Source: Selaginella moellendorffii (lineage: Eukaryota; Plantae; Lycopodiophyta). From it: a DNA stretch of 64,000 nucleotides. The notes beneath the pieces were generated by a model. That model made no database searches, was not told the DNA's origin, and worked only from the letters and a program-made list of their open reading frames with translations. The stretch is from positions 21,231 to 85,230 of the forward strand of contig NW_003314448.1 of assembly GCF_000143415.4 (NCBI RefSeq). Reading direction: 5' to 3'. Below, piece by piece: positions 22,417-34,879 of this stretch. The stretch's first letter is position 1; each line of letters starts with the position of its first letter. A program made the translations under genes and the position numbers.

Positions 22417-22856
22417 CCGATTGTTTCACCCTCTCCACGAGTTTCCAAGCATCAGAAGTCTGATGAGATAATAGGAGGAAATCATACCTGAGGAAGAGGG
22501 TCTTTGAATCATGACATAATACACTGAGTCATTTGTGAGAGGTTCTTGGGTGAAAGGAACCCAGAAGAACTCTGGAGCGGCAGACCCAAATCGCAGCTCC
22601 CGCAAGCTAGAGAACTGGGATCCTTGTTGCGCAAGACCTAGAGACAGAAGATGCTGCTGCAATGAGACATAGTCATGAATCATCCGAAAGAACACCAACT
22701 CGTCCTTGAGCTATCCTCGCCCGCCTTGACCTCCACCTCTCATTCTGAAAGGTTGTTCAGACTATGAACTAAGTTCACTCACACGCTTGAGGTCCCCGGT
22801 TCGAACCCGGGGCTTAATCAGACTAGGTGAAATTCACAGAAAAACAGGAGAACATT

Positions 22857-23606
22857 TCAGGCTGTTCTTCTACCACTCAAAGTCCATGGCGGCTTCCAAT
22901 TCCAAGTGACACCGGAAGGTCTGACGTTCCTGAAAGTCCTCATTACCAGCCACGTGCCAAGGAACTGCTGCTGCTTTTTTGCTGACCTGTGCTTGATCCT
23001 CTTCCATCGAGACGCGAGTGAAACCAAGAGATCCAACCAAAAGCTGACAGCGGCTCTGATGTCGTTCGGCTGAGTCCTGCAGTGATATAAGACGTCAATT
23101 CTTTCTCTGTAGATCATCCATAGAGTCAAGATCCGAATGACGTCCCAGAGTTCTGTGTTCAGGTTGGTGTTTGCAGCCACAAGCGGAAGATGTTGTTGCT
23201 GCCAAGTTCGATGACGAAGACGGATGACAAAAGCATCTGCGGGCGGAAAGCTATGCTTGGTGCCGTACTTGATCACTTCCCACGTAATATCAGTTGCACC
23301 CGGAACTACCAGAGGCTCAATCTCAAGAATGGGTGTACCGTTGTCGTGTACCCGCAGGAAGTCTCCACCGTTCATGCGATCCAAGAGTCCCAGGCTGGCC
23401 AAACTCCATAGATCAAGCCAGGCATCTGTTCTCCCAGAGCTTTGCCGTTGTGAACAAACAAACGATTGAAGAAGATCGGCTGGCGTGCAGGTCAATCTGG
23501 GGTTGTAACCTAACAAAGTCCTAATCAGACTAGGTTTGATGTGATGGTGAGGAAATCCTTTTTGTTGGTGTAGAGGCAAAATATTTGATGTAGCTTTTAG
23601 AGGCAA
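22857..23606 (-). mobile_element. 3' remnant of a non-LTR (L1-like) retrotransposon ORF2
   Basis: Trp-rich C-terminal pattern LWDVIRILTLWMIYRER...FLGTW, similar to LINE ORF2 tails; no RT core present. Confidence 0.5.
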
Positions 23607-24559
23607 TTTTGTAGATGCATATTATTTGTGGCAAGCTTGAGGCGAATTTGTAGCAAATTCATGAATTTTAGCCTTACAATTTGCATTGCAGCATCTGCTG
23701 GGGGATTATCCGAAACAGCAACCGAAGCAGCTCTTCTGAGCCATTCGCGTACCCCTGCAAGCAGGAAGAACATTCCAGCCTCTTCCTCTGTCTTGGTCAA
23801 GTCAATTTCTTCGTCATCGGTGGCAGAAACAGTAGCAAATGCGCTTCAAGCTGAGGTTTCTTAGCCTCAGGCCCGGCTGTATCTCTGGATCAGCAATCTC
23901 CGCGACCGGCTGGATCTCAGTATCAGCCATCTCCAAAGCAGCAGAATCAGCAGAGAAAGCAAAAGAAGCAGAATCAAAATTCAAAAATTGATTATAATGG
24001 GCATAATCGGCTTAACTCCCTTAACCTGACCTGTGTTCTTTCATTTGAGTGACCAGTCTGCGTTTAGTTTAAATGTTCGGTTTATGATTTTTGATTTGAC
24101 ACGTGTCATTCATCCAATTGCCAAAGTATGTGAGCGAGTGAAACGTGTAGAGCTTTGGAATGATGAAGAAGAAACGAGTATGCTGCCCTGGCTGTATAAT
24201 GGTTTTTAAACGGAATAATGTTCGCTTCAGCCTGACTCTAATTCTTAATCCTTAACTGAATCTCGCTATGAATATCCTTTGCTCAGCGGGAGTTTCTTCA
24301 CAACCTAACGGGCTGGCTAATCTGCCTCTGGAGATGGAAAGCAACAGCCTTCTTGGATCTCAGCTTCTGGAGCAAGTCCTGGATATTCTGGTATATTTTT
24401 AGAATGTTACACTTTGATGTATATCGTAAGATCGATCTATGATCTTGCAGTTCAAAGGTGAATATTAAGGTACATACTAGAGGACATACTCTTTTAACAG
24501 CTTCTTGTTACATAGCTCTCAAGCCTTCAACAAACAACTCCAGGTTTGCAGAAGACGAA

Positions 24560-24860
24560 CCCCCTTGCACAACGGCCCTCTTGGCATCCCTGCCAAGCTC
24601 ACCCAAATTTCGTCATATCTCCTTCCCTTCCCATTAATCAGAACTCTGCCAGCCTCCTCGATCACTGCCTTGTCAATAACTCCGTCTTGTCTCCTTCGCA
24701 GGCTCAATGCGAGCTTCTTCTCCACCAGAAACGCACAGTTCAGATTCTGCTCGGATAAACACGGCCAGCCAATCATTGCCACGCCCGTGCAAACACTCTC
24801 CAGTGTCGAGTTCCACCCACAGTGAGTGATGAATCGACCCACAGCAGGATGCCTCAAAAC
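24560..24860 (-). pseudogene. UDP-glycosyltransferase fragment (PSPG box)
   Basis: HPAVGRFITHCGWNSTLESVCTGVAMIGWPCLSEQNLN; the rest of the gene is absent. Confidence 0.88.
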
Positions 24861-25169
24861 ATGATCAAATTCATGATCACTAACAGCATTTACTCGAGGC
24901 TCATGAATGTCACAAACTCGCTTCTGATCGACATCGCCTCACGGCTTCTGAGTTCAAGGTTGGTGATCAAATTTGGTTATTTCAGCATAACATTCAGACT
25001 ACTTGTCTATTTGGTAAATTTGACTATCAATGCCTCAGTCCCTTTTGCATCTCTGATTGCATTCATGAGGTTGCATATCAGTTGTATCTTCCTTTGACCA
25101 TCTGTTTTCATCCTGTCTTCCACGTTTCTTTGCTTGAACCATACATTGTTAACGACATCCCAGGTTGAG

Positions 25170-25877
25170 TCATCCCACTAGCTCCCCAAGTCCAGATCGA
25201 TGGTCACTCTGAGTACGAAGTTGTTGGGATCCTAGATTCCAAGATCCTTCACCATCGACTGTACTACTTCGTTGACTGGGTTGGCTAATCCTCAAGTGAT
25301 TGGACATGGGAACCCTCAGGAAATTTAATAAATGTTTCAAGTAAACTATCTGACTTCCACATGTGGTACCCACTCAAACCAGGACCAATGATTTGTGGAA
25401 TTCGTCATGGAAAAGGGGAATAATGTCACGGAACCAGTATATATGGACACATTCTGTCTAACACTCCGGTACATTCTTTAAAAAAATTTCTCCGTAAGAT
25501 TCCTTGAATATTCCATCATACTCGGAAGCTTTTCAAGCAAGGCTCCAAAAGCTTCCTCAGTTTCTTCATACAGAAGACTTCCCAAAATAGCAAATGTAAG
25601 TTTAAGTCCAATGTAACCGCCACATTCTCAATTTAGCAAGTTCGTCTTCAGCAAGTTCCGAAACCTTCCAGTGCACCTTCCGTGAAGCTTCCTAGCACGC
25701 TGAGGGAGACTATATAAGGAGAGCCCCAGCGAGAGTTTTAATATTCCTGTTCAACACCAATTTCAGGCTTCCGTCTCCAGTCTTCAGCATAGGGTCTTCC
25801 TTCTTGTGCTGGCTCTTGTTCTTGTACTTCTTGTTGCTCGTAATCCTATTCTCGTTCCTGTGGCGACCGCTGCAACA
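25170..25877 (+). mobile_element. 3' end of a chromovirus (chromodomain, PPT, 3' LTR)
   Basis: IDGHSEYEVVGILDSK...YYFVDWVG*...TWEP..NL chromodomain; PPT GAAAAGGGGAA; LTR begins TGTCACGG at 25424 and probably ends GCAACA at 25877. Confidence 0.78.
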
Positions 25878-25899
25878 CACTTTTCTCACTCCATAAGTG

Positions 25900-27420
25900 C
25901 AATCTGGAATGATTGTGCTGTGCTGGCATCGGCATTCTCATGGGGAACTCCCGTAGGTGGTTCTCCCATGGTGATGCGGCTCATATAATCGGCTTGCTTG
26001 TTGTCAGCGTATGATCTGAAAGTCAAGTTCTTGCAACAACAAGGAACCATCACGTCAGTCTTCCTGTGTGCCTCGTTTTCTTCAACAAATGTACGAGTGC
26101 TTATGATCCACGATGAACTTTACCTTGTTTGCTAGAAGGTAGTGTCTGAACTTCTTTACCAAGTACATCATGCTAAGTGCCTCTTTCTCTGTGGTTGTGT
26201 CATTGCTCTCTGCGGGTGACAACCTCTTTGATCCGTGATCGTTCCTGTCATCCCGGGTCTGTATCAGGATGCACCTGATTATGATGTCGGTGATGTTTAC
26301 CTCCCCATGAAACTCCCTGTCCCACCTCAGGGAGGCAAGGATGGGTGCATTTGTGAGTACACTCTTCAACTCCTGAAAGCCCTCGTCACATGCTAGGTTC
26401 CACTTGAACCATGATATGGTCACCAGACTTTGTGAAGAAAACACATTTCTCTACGATCTGGAGCCCTTGGCATTTCACATCAAGAGATACTCCCTAAATG
26501 CTTCTGACACCAGTTACTGGAATGTAAATGACCCATTAAGTGTATGCTCATCATGGACTAATGAACGCCATTTTTGGTTGGTCACACTCTTCCACTTGCA
26601 GCCGGTCAATCCATCTAAAAAAGAGTACATGTTATGGCTGGCCAGCACAGCAAGAATCTCCTCCATGTATGGGATCTGGTATGCATCTTTTTTGTGTGAC
26701 TACATTCAACTTCTTGTAGTCCACACAAATGTGCAGTTTCCATTTCTTCTTAAGCACCACCACAATAGGTGACAACCACTGTGCATTCTCCATCAATTTC
26801 CTTCTTGACTTTAACAAAATAAATTTGGTTCATCTTATATGCTTGCTGTCTCCATGCTTCACCATTAGGGATGAGCTCTATTTGATGTGTGTAAATCACA
26901 GGTGGCACCCCCTTCAAATCCTCATAGCTGCAAGCAAAAACGTCCACATTCTTCCTCAGAAGAGCCAAGTCTTCTGTTCTGAATGCAGGATCCAAATATG
27001 GTGTGATATGAACCTTGTGTTCGCCAGCAGTTCTGTGGTTGATGGTGACTTCTACTTGCTCATTAGTTGTTGTCTCCATCTGCATGGCAACCACGTTAAA
27101 CTAATTGTGTTCTGTCTCCGGCTGGATTTCCTCCACCACTGGCCATACAAATTTCTCAGTTCCAAGTGCAGCCATGTTTTCCAATATGGCGTTCACGTGT
27201 GTCATTGTGATCTGGTACAAATCTACCTGCTCAATCTCCATCACTTCCAGTTAGTTCCAAAACAGCGCGTCTTCATCCTCCATGGTGAACCCGTCATACC
27301 AGTTGTAATCTTCCAATTTCTGTGGTTGCTCCATGTTGCCTATCTGGGTCTTGTGCTCACGGATGATAATGACTGTCTTCTCATTCTTCTCCCAGTCGTG
27401 TCATGCTTTGGCCTCTCTTA
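25900..27420 (-). pseudogene. Degenerate Ty3/gypsy pol (RT-RNase H)
   Basis: QWLSPIVVVLKK..LHICVDYKKLN and LSPAESNDTTTEKEALSMMYLVKKFRHYL, with frameshifts. Confidence 0.8.
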
Positions 27421-27894
27421 GCCACGGTCACAAATGGTAGGGAGGTTTAGCCAAAAGCTTCAACATATTCCATTGATGTTGATTTTCACTCCGGCACAAT
27501 CCCAACCGGATGCACCTAGGAATGGGGCCATCTCCAGTGCACCTGGTCCCAGTGTCTTGAACATTTCCTCTTCTTGTATTGACTCCCGAACCTCCATCAA
27601 TAGATATATCACCGACTTCATTCCTTTCGATATAGTTGGTACTTTCTCATCCCAGTCAGCTTTGTCCTTTGAGATTGTTACCTTGTTATCTTCTAAGGGT
27701 CTCACAGGTTTCCCCGACTCAATGGCATTTGCAACCTGCACTTTGAGGTGCAGAGCTAACACAAGCAATTCCCCCAGACTGAGTTGCAGGGAGTTTTGCA
27801 ACAGCACCGCCACAATTTGTTCTCCCAGTGGTTGTTTTTGGTGGTGGGTTACTCTCAGGCTCTGTCAAGTTAATGAGAGGAGTCTGTTCACTTT

Positions 27895-30650
27895 AAGGGA
27901 TGAGCAAGGATTTGACCCGGAAGATAAAGATAAGGCAAAGACAGCAATCCTTTCCAAGCTAGTGGATGTGATCTTGATGAGGGTAAGGAATCTTTCTGCT
28001 CAACAGATCTGGATCTACCTCATAAATCACTACGGGCCTCCAAGGTCAGCACGATCGAAACTGCAATCAATTCAAGATTGGTGACAGTTTTGAAGATCTG
28101 GTGGGCAAGCTGCAGGAGCATTGGGATGACCTGGAAGGCTGCGCTGTGGGATTCTCTGAAGCATGCAAAATTGATGCTCTTTGTGAATGTTTTGATGACA
28201 GAGTTTTCACAGAAATCGTCATGGCAGTGAGGGTAGCAGCCACAACGTTCGAACATGCTGAAACTCTTCTCTCACATAGTGTAAGTTCTTGGCAGAGAAC
28301 GGATCAGGTTCTCATGTCAATGCTTTGTCAGCGAGAGTTGAGGCAAGGGTTGAAGAAGCTTCTGCAGATGGCCATGGTCGAAGGTGAGGGTGCGGCGAGG
28401 ACGTGGACACAGAATTCAAGAAGGACGCCCAAGCAGTAGTCAAGGAAGCTTACAAAGTGATGGAACTGACAATCTTGGAGCTCGTCGTGCTTCAACATGC
28501 TATGGCTGTGGATTGGAAGGGCATCTCAAGAAAGATTGTTAAGTTCTGCAGTGGCTCAGCCAACTTGAGATTGCAGCAAATTTTGCAGGTTCAGCTCAAA
28601 TAGAACAGCAGGAGGCAGTCACAGACGAGGTAACCAGAGTTGAATCCTCTTGCACACTAACACTTGATTCAGGATGTGAAAAACACCTGATGAAGGATGA
28701 GCAAGCGTTCTCCAAGCTCAAGCGCTCACTAGCAGGTCGAGTTCGAGTTTGAAATGGTGGAGTTGTTGAAGTTTCTGGAAATGGGGATGCAGTGGTGCAA
28801 GTTGGTTCGAAGAGTTTGCCTTTGAATAATGGGTGGTTTGTCCCACAACTTGTCAAGAACTTAGTTTCAATAGTTAAGTTTACTTATGCTGGGATGAACA
28901 TTCTGTTTAAACTCTAAGAAATTTAAGGTTTTCTCACAGCATGAGGTTGGTGAGTTCCTCCAAGAGACACCAGCAGATCTAGTGCTCGAGCAACAAGCAG
29001 GTTCGTCACGCGTGCCAGAAGTTGACAGGCTGACTCCATTTGATCCTCTCCGCTATGGTCGGAATCAAGAAGGCAAATCCACCCGAACCCGTCTGTGAGC
29101 TTTGACGGCCCTGACAAACGAAGAAGAAGCATACAGGCCATCAACATATGAAGAATCGAGCACCTCACCAGCGAGCAAATACTGGGAGCGAGTGATGAAT
29201 GAAGAAGTTCAATCTCACAACGACCGCCTCATGTACTTGCTCGTTCATTCTCATCCTGATCGCAAAATTGTAAGCGGATGATGGATCAACACACTCATGT
29301 GGCGGGATGGCAAGATTAAGCAATACAAAGCTCGGTATGTTGCTCAAGGTTTCTCACAAATTCTCGGGATTGATTTTCAAGAAACCTTCTCTCCCATCGT
29401 CAAGTCAACGAGCATTCGTACTCTGGCAGCATTAGCAGCTCAGTTCAACCTCAAACTCCATCACATGGACGTCAAAACTGATCCTTAACTCTGGACTTGA
29501 CGAGAAAATCTATTTATGGCCACCCCCAGGTTTTATGGAACACAACAAAGATGGACACGAGTTAGTTTGGAGAGCTATCTACAGGCTAAAACAGACGGCG
29601 AGGCAGTGGTACATCTGCATCGATCAACACCTCAGAAGTTCTGGATTCACCAAGCTGGAGTTGGATGGGAACCTCTATGTGATGAAAGATAGTGGCAATA
29701 TTCACATTGATGGCAGTTTATATCGATGATTGCCTGCTGGTTGAAAATAGCAATGACCTCATTAATCGAGTGAAGCAGATTTTGCAGCAGCGACTGATCT
29801 CGGTGAAGCTTCTAAAGTCCTTTGCATTGAATTCACTCGCAACATAGATGCAGGCCTTCTGAAGTTCACCCAATCCAACTACACACAACATCTGCTTCAA
29901 CAATTCAACATGTCCAATAGTCGACCAGTTTAGCTACAAGCCAACTGCTGAGGGGGAGTTGTTACAGATCACTCGTTGGGGGGCTGCTCTACCTTGCCAA
30001 CATAACTCGTCCTGAGGGAGTTCTTAGCCAATACAACTCATCTCCAACAACAGTCCACTGGCAAGCAGCAAAACGAGTTCTCAGATACCTCTGTGGCACT
30101 CAAGACTTTGGACTGCTGTTCCAGCAAAAAGCTTCTCCACAGTTTCGACTGCAAGCTTTTTCAGATGCTGATTGGGCAGGGGATCTGGAGACAAGGAAAT
30201 CAACGTCAGGAGTCTGTTGCTTGCTTGCCGGTGGTTCTGTAGCATAGTTCAGCAAGCAGAGAATTTGGCAGCAACATTGGTAGCAAAAGAGATTGTTTGG
30301 CTGCGATGACTACTCAATGAACTGAAGCAGGAACAGAAGAGTCCAACAACACTCTACTGTGACAACAAAAGTGCAATCGCCATCAGCAAAAATCTTGTTC
30401 TTCATTCCAGAACCAAACACATCAATACTCAGTAGCACTTCATCTGCCAATGCGTTGCAGATGGAGACATACAACTCGAGCATGGTCCATCCTCTGATCA
30501 AATCGCAGATATCTTCACCAAACCACTTCTTGTCAGACTCTTCTTCAAGCTTCGTCTGCTGCTTGGCGTCTTAGCTTGAGGGGGAGTGTTGGAGATCTCA
30601 TACGATCTCTCAGGATCCTAGGCTTCCGTATAAAAGGTTTCATATGATTA
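27895..30650 (+). mobile_element. Degenerate Ty1/copia retrotransposon
   Basis: YKARYVAQGFSQILGIDFQETFSP, HHMDVKT, IYRLKQTARQW and FSDADWAGDLETRKSTSG. PPT TGAGGGGGAG followed by an LTR start TGTTGGAG at ~30587. Confidence 0.88.
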
Positions 30651-31069
30651 ATCCATAACGAATTTTTCCATCATCATGGTGAAGACAATGGTGTAGGTTA
30701 GGCTCTCAGCAGCACAACGTTGAGGTATTGATCAAAACATTTCGTTCATTTTTCATTCATTTTTTAACCATAAGAATATACACTTTGGTGACTTAAGTAA
30801 TACTGAACCAACGTAAGTTGAGTTAGGATTTTTCTGGTTAGGTGCCCATTGTCATCATCACACCTCATCTTTGACTTTCCAGAGAGCAATCGTCACACCT
30901 ATCATCTTTGACTTTCCAAATGTTTGAAGACTAGATAACTACGAAACTTCAAGTAGTAGTTCTAGTGTGAAACACTATTACTAGCTAATGTATATATAGA
31001 TGACTGACCCATTGGCTTCAACACACATTCAAAATTTTCTCCTTCTTTTCAGCTTGAACAGTCGGCTCT

Positions 31070-31390
31070 ATGGCAGCCAAATTAGTGGGTTTGATTTACT
31101 TCATATTGATGTTCTCTGCAGCAAAAGGCAGTGGGCTTTTTGCATACTGGGAGAACGAGGATTGTTCCGCCACTAACAATAACAGGATTTTCTATGGCAA
31201 TTGTGGATGTACAAACTTCGATATCGACTATCGTGATGGTTATGAATTCTTCTACAACCGAAACGAAGTGACATATTTATATAATACTCTCAATTGTCAA
31301 GGCAATCCTGTTACTACACTTGCCCAGTATCAAAAGGATTGCCGTGATTTTGGCTGGAAGAGCATCCGCATATCTTGTAATGGCTTCTGA
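31070..31390 (+). CDS. MiAMP1-family secreted antimicrobial peptide
   Basis: Signal peptide, six Cys in the MiAMP1 spacing, motifs CGC, GYEFFY, LYNTLNCQG and FGWKSIRISC; TATATATA ~80 bp upstream. Confidence 0.92.
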   Translation: MAAKLVGLIYFILMFSAAKGSGLFAYWENEDCSATNNNRIFYGNCGCTNFDIDYRDGYEFFYNRNEVTYLYNTLNCQGNPVTTLAQYQKDCRDFGWKSIRISCNGF

Positions 31391-31817
31391 TATACACAAG
31401 AGAATATAATAAGAAGAATTGATTTCTGTTCGGTGAGTTAAATTTCTCAAGTCGCAAGCCGCGAGCAGACCACCTTGCCCTAATCGAAAGAACTCGAGCA
31501 GCAATAGGCGCCGCGGCCATGCCCCCCAAATCTGGAATCCCTAGATTTTAGTGTGTAGGAATATTCGTAAAGATATTCCATTTGTGATGATGATATTCTG
31601 TTTTTTCGAAAACATATTTTAAAACAAGCTCAAATTGTAGAGAAAGTGTTGCACAATCTAAATTTTTTTGACTTAAATGTTTTGATGGGACCTCCTGTAT
31701 GCTCCGAAGAAATGTCGGACTCAATGCAAAAAAGAGTTATTTACTGCAGCTCACCACACTGATCGGACCTTTAGTCATTTCTTGCTTAAACATTCACTGA
31801 CAGAAGCTTTTTCAAGT

Positions 31818-32985
31818 TTACCATCTGATCTTTCTCACGCCCATATCTCCTGCCTTTGACCGCGGAATCACTCGAATCACGCCTTCCATGTGGGATCCAA
31901 TCGGCCCAGCAAAACTGGGATGTCCAAATCCAAAATCGACATCGTTCCACGGCAGTCCTGACCACCCCGTTATGAGAACATTAGGATCGTATCCCGTCCT
32001 GCTTCCCCCGGCCGTGTTGGGCTTCAGATTCTTGAAAACGTAATCCACCGCCGAAATCATATGCTGCTTGTTGTTGGTTTTCTTCAAACTCGCCTTGACA
32101 ATCCCCGCTGCGTAGCTCAGAGGTTTGCGAATCAGATCTTCAGATGCAATGGCGTCCGTTGCGGCAGGAAACACTACATTCCAACTAAGCTATCAGGAAC
32201 TCCCAGCGTTTTCCTTCCGTTGATCAGGCAAAGAAGAACCGTTCTAGGGTTACAAGTTGTACCGCGAGCGACTGTCACTGATCTCCACAAGTGCGTGGCG
32301 AAGGATTCATGGGAAGAGTTCGCCTGCAGCACAAGGCGTTCAACTCAAAGTGAAGTCAACTCTGGTCAACTCACGTCCCGGGGGAAGTGGACTGGCAAAG
32401 CGGGTGACGGGATACTCTTTGTGTTCGAAGGAAGGCTGGCCATGGATGTTAGGCATGGGCATGGAACGGTCGTGAACGGGTTTAGTCAACCATGGTAAAC
32501 CTCTGGTTGACCGACCCCAGCTATTGAGAAGTGTGACGAATCCATGCGCGTCTGTGACATAGTGATGCCTTCCCAAACCAAGCACAAGGCCCCCGCAGCA
32601 AAAGAAAATCTTTCAGCATTGATTCAAGCAGATCAGAGACTTACTTGAACATGAAGAAGTTAAGGTGGTGGAGACAACGACATTGAGAGCGGCATGAGTT
32701 CTTCCAGAGCGCCATGATCCCGCTCCAGATGATCTTTCAGCTTGTCATCGGCGTTCGCCTCCACAAAGACGACGCCTTCGTTTTTGAAGCTGATGCGATA
32801 CTCCGGCTGCTTACATGAGGATCGTTTTTGGAGCTGATTCGTCCCGCCCATTCTCGGTAGTAGCCTAGCAGCCCAGAAAGGCTGTGTTTGAGCTTCTCAG
32901 TTGATCCTTGCGGCGCTTGAGTGTAGGTCAGCACTACCGGCTCGACGATTCTGGGAACAATGGTGTCTATGGGGTGAGAAACACA
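31818..32985 (-). pseudogene. BAHD acyltransferase pseudogene
   Basis: EKLKHSLSGLLGYYREWAGRI, EGVVFVEA, HYVTD (HxxxD) and VDFGFGHP (DFGWG-like), split over several frames. Confidence 0.85.
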
Positions 32986-33439
32986 TGATTCAGAGTGGGA
33001 TCTGTAGTTGGAGTTGTGATTCTTGAAAAGCTCAAGTTGGGGGTCAGCTTCTCAATTCGGAATGACATGCCAATAGTCATTGTTTCATTCAACAGACAGT
33101 GAAGACTGTTTGATATGACTGGAAAAGCCTTAATAGGGAGCTAATCAATACTCAGGAAATGAGCTGCTGCGATTTTTAAATGCTGACAGTTTTCGGCACG
33201 AAAAAAATTGTTTAGTCCCAACCTGTTTACGACGTGCCAGTGGAAGCAGTGTTAGTTGAAGTGAGAAACACGTTATTCGTGATTCGGAGGATCTGCAGTG
33301 ATTCTTGGAAAGATCAAGCTGGGGGTCAGCTTCTCAATTGCACATTTGCAAACTATTTATGGGGGAGCTGAAGAATCTCCAAACCCTCTGGCTTGATTAC
33401 AGTAATCTCACCCATCTACGTTGATAAACGTGCAGGAAA

Positions 33440-34204
33440 CTTGTTGATCTGGATTTATCTGGTAATTACTTCACTGGCAAAATGTTATCAACTGCACTTC
33501 CCGTGAATATGACCTCAATTGACTTGATTTTTAACATGTTCAAGGGTTCACTGCCACCTTCGTTTTGCAACGAGAGACCTGTAACCTGGACTCACATAAG
33601 TTTGGTAAGAGTCTATACATTTTTGATCTTTCATTCAACAACTTTCATGGTCAACTCGCCATCAACTGCAGTGATCAAAACTTAAAGATTGCAAAGAACA
33701 GACTGGTGGGGGAAATTTTGAGAGCCGTTTTAGTGCAGCTGATACTGTAGAACTGTTCAAGAACATTTCACAAGCAGCATACCACAACATGCTAGAATCA
33801 ATAGTCGTGTTATCAACTTGAGCTACAACAACATGACTGGAGCTATCCCAGACACAGTCTGCAAATGGAGTGGTACAGTGATCATATCCTTTGCACACAA
33901 CAACCTGGAAGGTAGCATTCCCAGCTGTATTGCCAACCTCACTAACCTGCGGATTTTTGACCTGTCACACAACAATTTGTCCGGCGAATTACCCAAATCT
34001 CTTTCCAGCTTATGCTCATTTGGGCCAAGACTTTGCGACTTCAAAACAGATTATTTAGACAAGGGAGTCATCGATACTTTTGTATTCACCTTCAGCTTGT
34101 ATGTTGAGAAGCAGATCATTCACCTTGAAAAAATCCTCTTCAGCAACATGACATTCCTTGACCTCTCCAGCCTTCCAGCGCTTGCATCAACAGGGGCCTC
34201 CTGA
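33440..34204 (+). pseudogene. LRR receptor-like gene fragment
   Basis: Plant extracellular LRR repeats: LSYNNMTGAIP, FAHNNLEGSIPSCIANLTNLRIFDLSHNNLSGELPKSL; frameshifted. Confidence 0.85.
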
Positions 34205-34879
34205 CAAAGTGGGTAGTAGCTGCCGTCTTTGGGTAGCTGGGTACCGTCAAAGCTGATCCTATTAATCATGTTTCACATGGCTTCTTTCAGCCTCCAAAAG
34301 AGAATCGACAAGAAATTAATGGAGATTATTAACAGTTATGCAATTCGTGAAAGTCCTGTTCTCTGGGGCATTCGCAGCTGCTCTCCCATTTCCTGTGATG
34401 CCCCCGAGCTTGCGATTCTCTGTTTCGCAAAATCAGTCAATTCTTCGTTCTTCTCCATCCCAATCACATGTCTCCCAGAGTCAACAGTGTAGTTCCAGTC
34501 CCAGTTCCAATCTCTGCCAAATAATAATTAATAGATATAATACCATTGAAAACCAGAAACTCAGCATGATAACTGATCCTTGTCCGGTCTATCCACCAGC
34601 ATGTTACTCGTAATCAATTTCAAAGAATTTATTGTTTGTACTGCTCTTGATGTTGCAAGATCAATAACTGAACAATTATCTCCTGCATACACGAAATATG
34701 TCATCCACGTTCAAATCTTGAAATCATACATTTATTCCATCACGATAGCCCCATCCTTTAGGTCTGTAAACTTTGTAGACACCAGTCATGTCCAGTTTCA
34801 CTATTCTTGCAACCTTGCTGACCGAAGGAACTATATCTAAGGACACAAACAGCATCATGTAACCGGTACTCTGCCACAT

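Larger units (their letters stand above)
29098..33378 (+). repeat. Left arm of a ~4.3-kb inverted segmental duplication
   Basis: Reverse complement of 42035-46290; paired ORFs are identical or nearly so. Confidence 0.93.

Noticed and set aside
22770-22820. tRNA gene (CCCCGGTTCGAACCCGGGG)
   Set aside because: Only a T-arm/B-box-like hairpin; I could not build a cloverleaf. May be a SINE/LINE-tail remnant.
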